Below the pieces are notes generated by a model that saw only the letters and a program-made list of their open reading frames with translations, was not told the origin of the DNA and ran no database searches. From Kofleriaceae bacterium (GTDB lineage: Bacteria; Myxococcota_A; Polyangia; Haliangiales; Haliangiaceae): DNA of 64,000 bases. Position numbers and translations under genes: made by a program. The stretch spans positions 1 through 64,000 of the forward strand of contig CBDCCZ010000021.1 in NCBI GenBank assembly GCA_965215005.1, in the 5' to 3' direction. Every line of letters begins with the position of its first letter. Positions within the stretch are counted from its first letter, which is position 1. This document shows, piece after piece, positions 62,320 to 64,000 of the stretch.

Positions 62320-62418
62320 GTGCCCTCTTCCGTTTGAGCGGCTCGACGGTAGCACAGCCGCTCTCGCCCTCGCGCGGCATGAGCCGTTTTCCACCGGCTC
62401 CTCCACTAGTAGACTGAG

Positions 62419-63009
62419 ATGATGTCGCCGGACACTCAGCGCGCCTACAAGCTGCGCGTGGTCGAAGATGCCGATGCATCGACGACTCCGGCGGATGACG
62501 CGGCGCTCGACCTCGACGCGGTGTTTCGCCGCTATGCCCCTTACGTCGCGAAGATCGGCTATCGCTTGCTCGGGCGCGATCACGAGGTTGACGACCTAGT
62601 TCAAGATGTATTTCTCGCCGCGTACAAGGGACTTGGCTCGCTGCGCACCCCGGAAGCAATCACTGGCTGGCTCGCGACCGTCACGGTGCGGTTGGCTCGC
62701 CGCCGCCTTAAGTCGCGGCGGCTGCGCGTAATTCTGCATTTAGATGAAGTAACCGATTATCTGCAGCTCGCCGACGGCGCGGCGTCGCCGGAGAAGCGCG
62801 CGCAGGTGGCGCAGCTGTACCGGGTGCTCGATCGAGTACCGGTGGATCATCGACTAGCGTGGAGCCTTCGCTTCGTCGAAGGAGAGACTTTGGAGCGAGT
62901 CGCAGAGCTCTGTGGTTGCAGCTTGGCAACCGCAAAGCGGCGCATCAAGGCGGCTCGCGAAGCGATCGACGAGGCGGTGGCGCATGGAGGCGGTGCTCAT
63001 GAAGGATAG
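62419..63009 (+). CDS. ECF RNA polymerase sigma factor
   Basis: Region 2 (DDLVQDVFL, GWLATV) and region 4 (LERVAELCGCSLATAKRRI). Confidence 0.92.
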   Translation: MMSPDTQRAYKLRVVEDADASTTPADDAALDLDAVFRRYAPYVAKIGYRLLGRDHEVDDLVQDVFLAAYKGLGSLRTPEAITGWLATVTVRLARRRLKSRRLRVILHLDEVTDYLQLADGAASPEKRAQVAQLYRVLDRVPVDHRLAWSLRFVEGETLERVAELCGCSLATAKRRIKAAREAIDEAVAHGGGAHEG

Positions 63010-64000
63010 CGCCGCAGAGCTCGCCGAGATGGTCACCGACTGCGAGTGGGATGCAGCGCGAACCGATCGCGCATGGCGAGGATTGTCGCGAAAACGCCGT
63101 CGGCGGGCGGCGGTGCGTGCCGCGAGCGCCGCCGCGTTGGTGCTCCTAGTGGGCGGCAGCGTCTGGGCCGCGCGCGCCCCCCAGGTCGGCGACGGCAGCG
63201 TTGCACGCTCTGCAGTGGCCGCGGCGCCGGCTGCCCCCGAGGCGCTCGAGTTTCCGCCCGACGCCATCGAGGTGGCCGACATCGTCGCAGAAGAGACGGG
63301 CGCGCGCGCGCGGGTGCTCGCCAATGCGCCGGAGCGTACCGCGCTGGTCGTGGTGGACGGCAAGCACCGCATTCGCCTCCCGCGCGACCACTCGCATCAG
63401 GTCGAGGTCGTCGCCGGAGACGTCACCATCAACGTCTATGCTGCGGAGTTCTCCGTAGCTCGCTACGATGAAGCCACGGAAGTGTGGGCTCACGATGGCG
63501 ACCTTCGCGTCGTCTATCACGGCAAAACCGTGCTGCTTCAAGAAGGTGCGCATCGGCGATTCGGGTCGTCGGCGTCGCTGGCACCGGCTCCTGCTCGCGA
63601 ACGTGCCGCCATCGCCGATGTGCCTGACTGGCGGCCGCTGGCGCGCGATGGCAACTACGAGCGCGCGCATCAGCTTTTGAACGTCCATGGCGGACTTGGT
63701 GATCGGGTCGAGGATTTGCTGCTCGCCGCCGATGTCTATCGCATCACGAGTCATCCCGATCAGGCCGCCAAGGTTCTCGATCAGGTGGTGACACGCCATC
63801 GTCGCGATCCGCGCGCCGCCTTGGCCGCATTCACGCTAGGTCGCGTGCTGCTCGATGATCTCGGGCGTCCGACCGCGGCGGCACGTGCTTTCGCCACCGC
63901 GCGTGAGCTCGCTCCGGCGGGCGCGCTCGCCGAAGACGCGCTAGCGCGCGAGGTCGAAGCGTGGTCGAAAGCCGGCCAGCAAACCCGTGCCCGCCAGCAA
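62999..64000 (+). CDS. FecR-like plus TPR anti-sigma factor (3' partial)
   Basis: Not in the ORF track. Hand translation from ATG 62999 (GGAGG RBS) gives MKDSAAEL..., a TM helix, VEVVAGDV...FSV (FecR-like), then AAFTLGRVLLDDLG...LAEDALAREVEA. Open to the window end. Confidence 0.85.
   Translation, partial: MKDSAAELAEMVTDCEWDAARTDRAWRGLSRKRRRRAAVRAASAAALVLLVGGSVWAARAPQVGDGSVARSAVAAAPAAPEALEFPPDAIEVADIVAEETGARARVLANAPERTALVVVDGKHRIRLPRDHSHQVEVVAGDVTINVYAAEFSVARYDEATEVWAHDGDLRVVYHGKTVLLQEGAHRRFGSSASLAPAPARERAAIADVPDWRPLARDGNYERAHQLLNVHGGLGDRVEDLLLAADVYRITSHPDQAAKVLDQVVTRHRRDPRAALAAFTLGRVLLDDLGRPTAAARAFATARELAPAGALAEDALAREVEAWSKAGQQTRARQQ

Overview
High-GC bacterial window; gene content indicates a myxobacterium (Myxococcota, possibly Haliangium/Kofleria-like; the lineage is inferred). 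It has four blocks. (1) 1-19.5 kb is a conserved motility/housekeeping locus: a vWA lipoprotein, a PilR2-like sigma54 response regulator, pilMNOPQ, an aroK-aroB fusion, a lipoprotein, an mglC-like roadblock gene, aroQ, accB, accC and an sgmX-like TPR gene. PilQ is about 1530 aa and carries a roughly 770-residue Ala/Glu/Arg coiled-coil insert with recent 84-bp tandem repeats. Five single-base +1 frameshifts in the first 5 kb look like sequencing error. (2) About 20-38.6 kb is an accessory region ending at tRNA-Gly(CCC). It holds an IS21 remnant, a Ser/Thr kinase, an FHA-sigma54 activator, PEGA, FG-GAP, DUF1552/DUF1592 and several unknown lipoproteins; six of its transcription units have a sigma54 -24/-12-like promoter. 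(3) 38.8-55.4 kb is mixed enzyme and envelope genes. (4) 55.4-64 kb is the atpF'FHAGDC operon, a bacM-like bactofilin and an ECF sigma/FecR-TPR anti-sigma pair running off the edge. No CRISPR array, rRNA or intact mobile element was seen. Family calls come from motif recognition by eye, not database searches.
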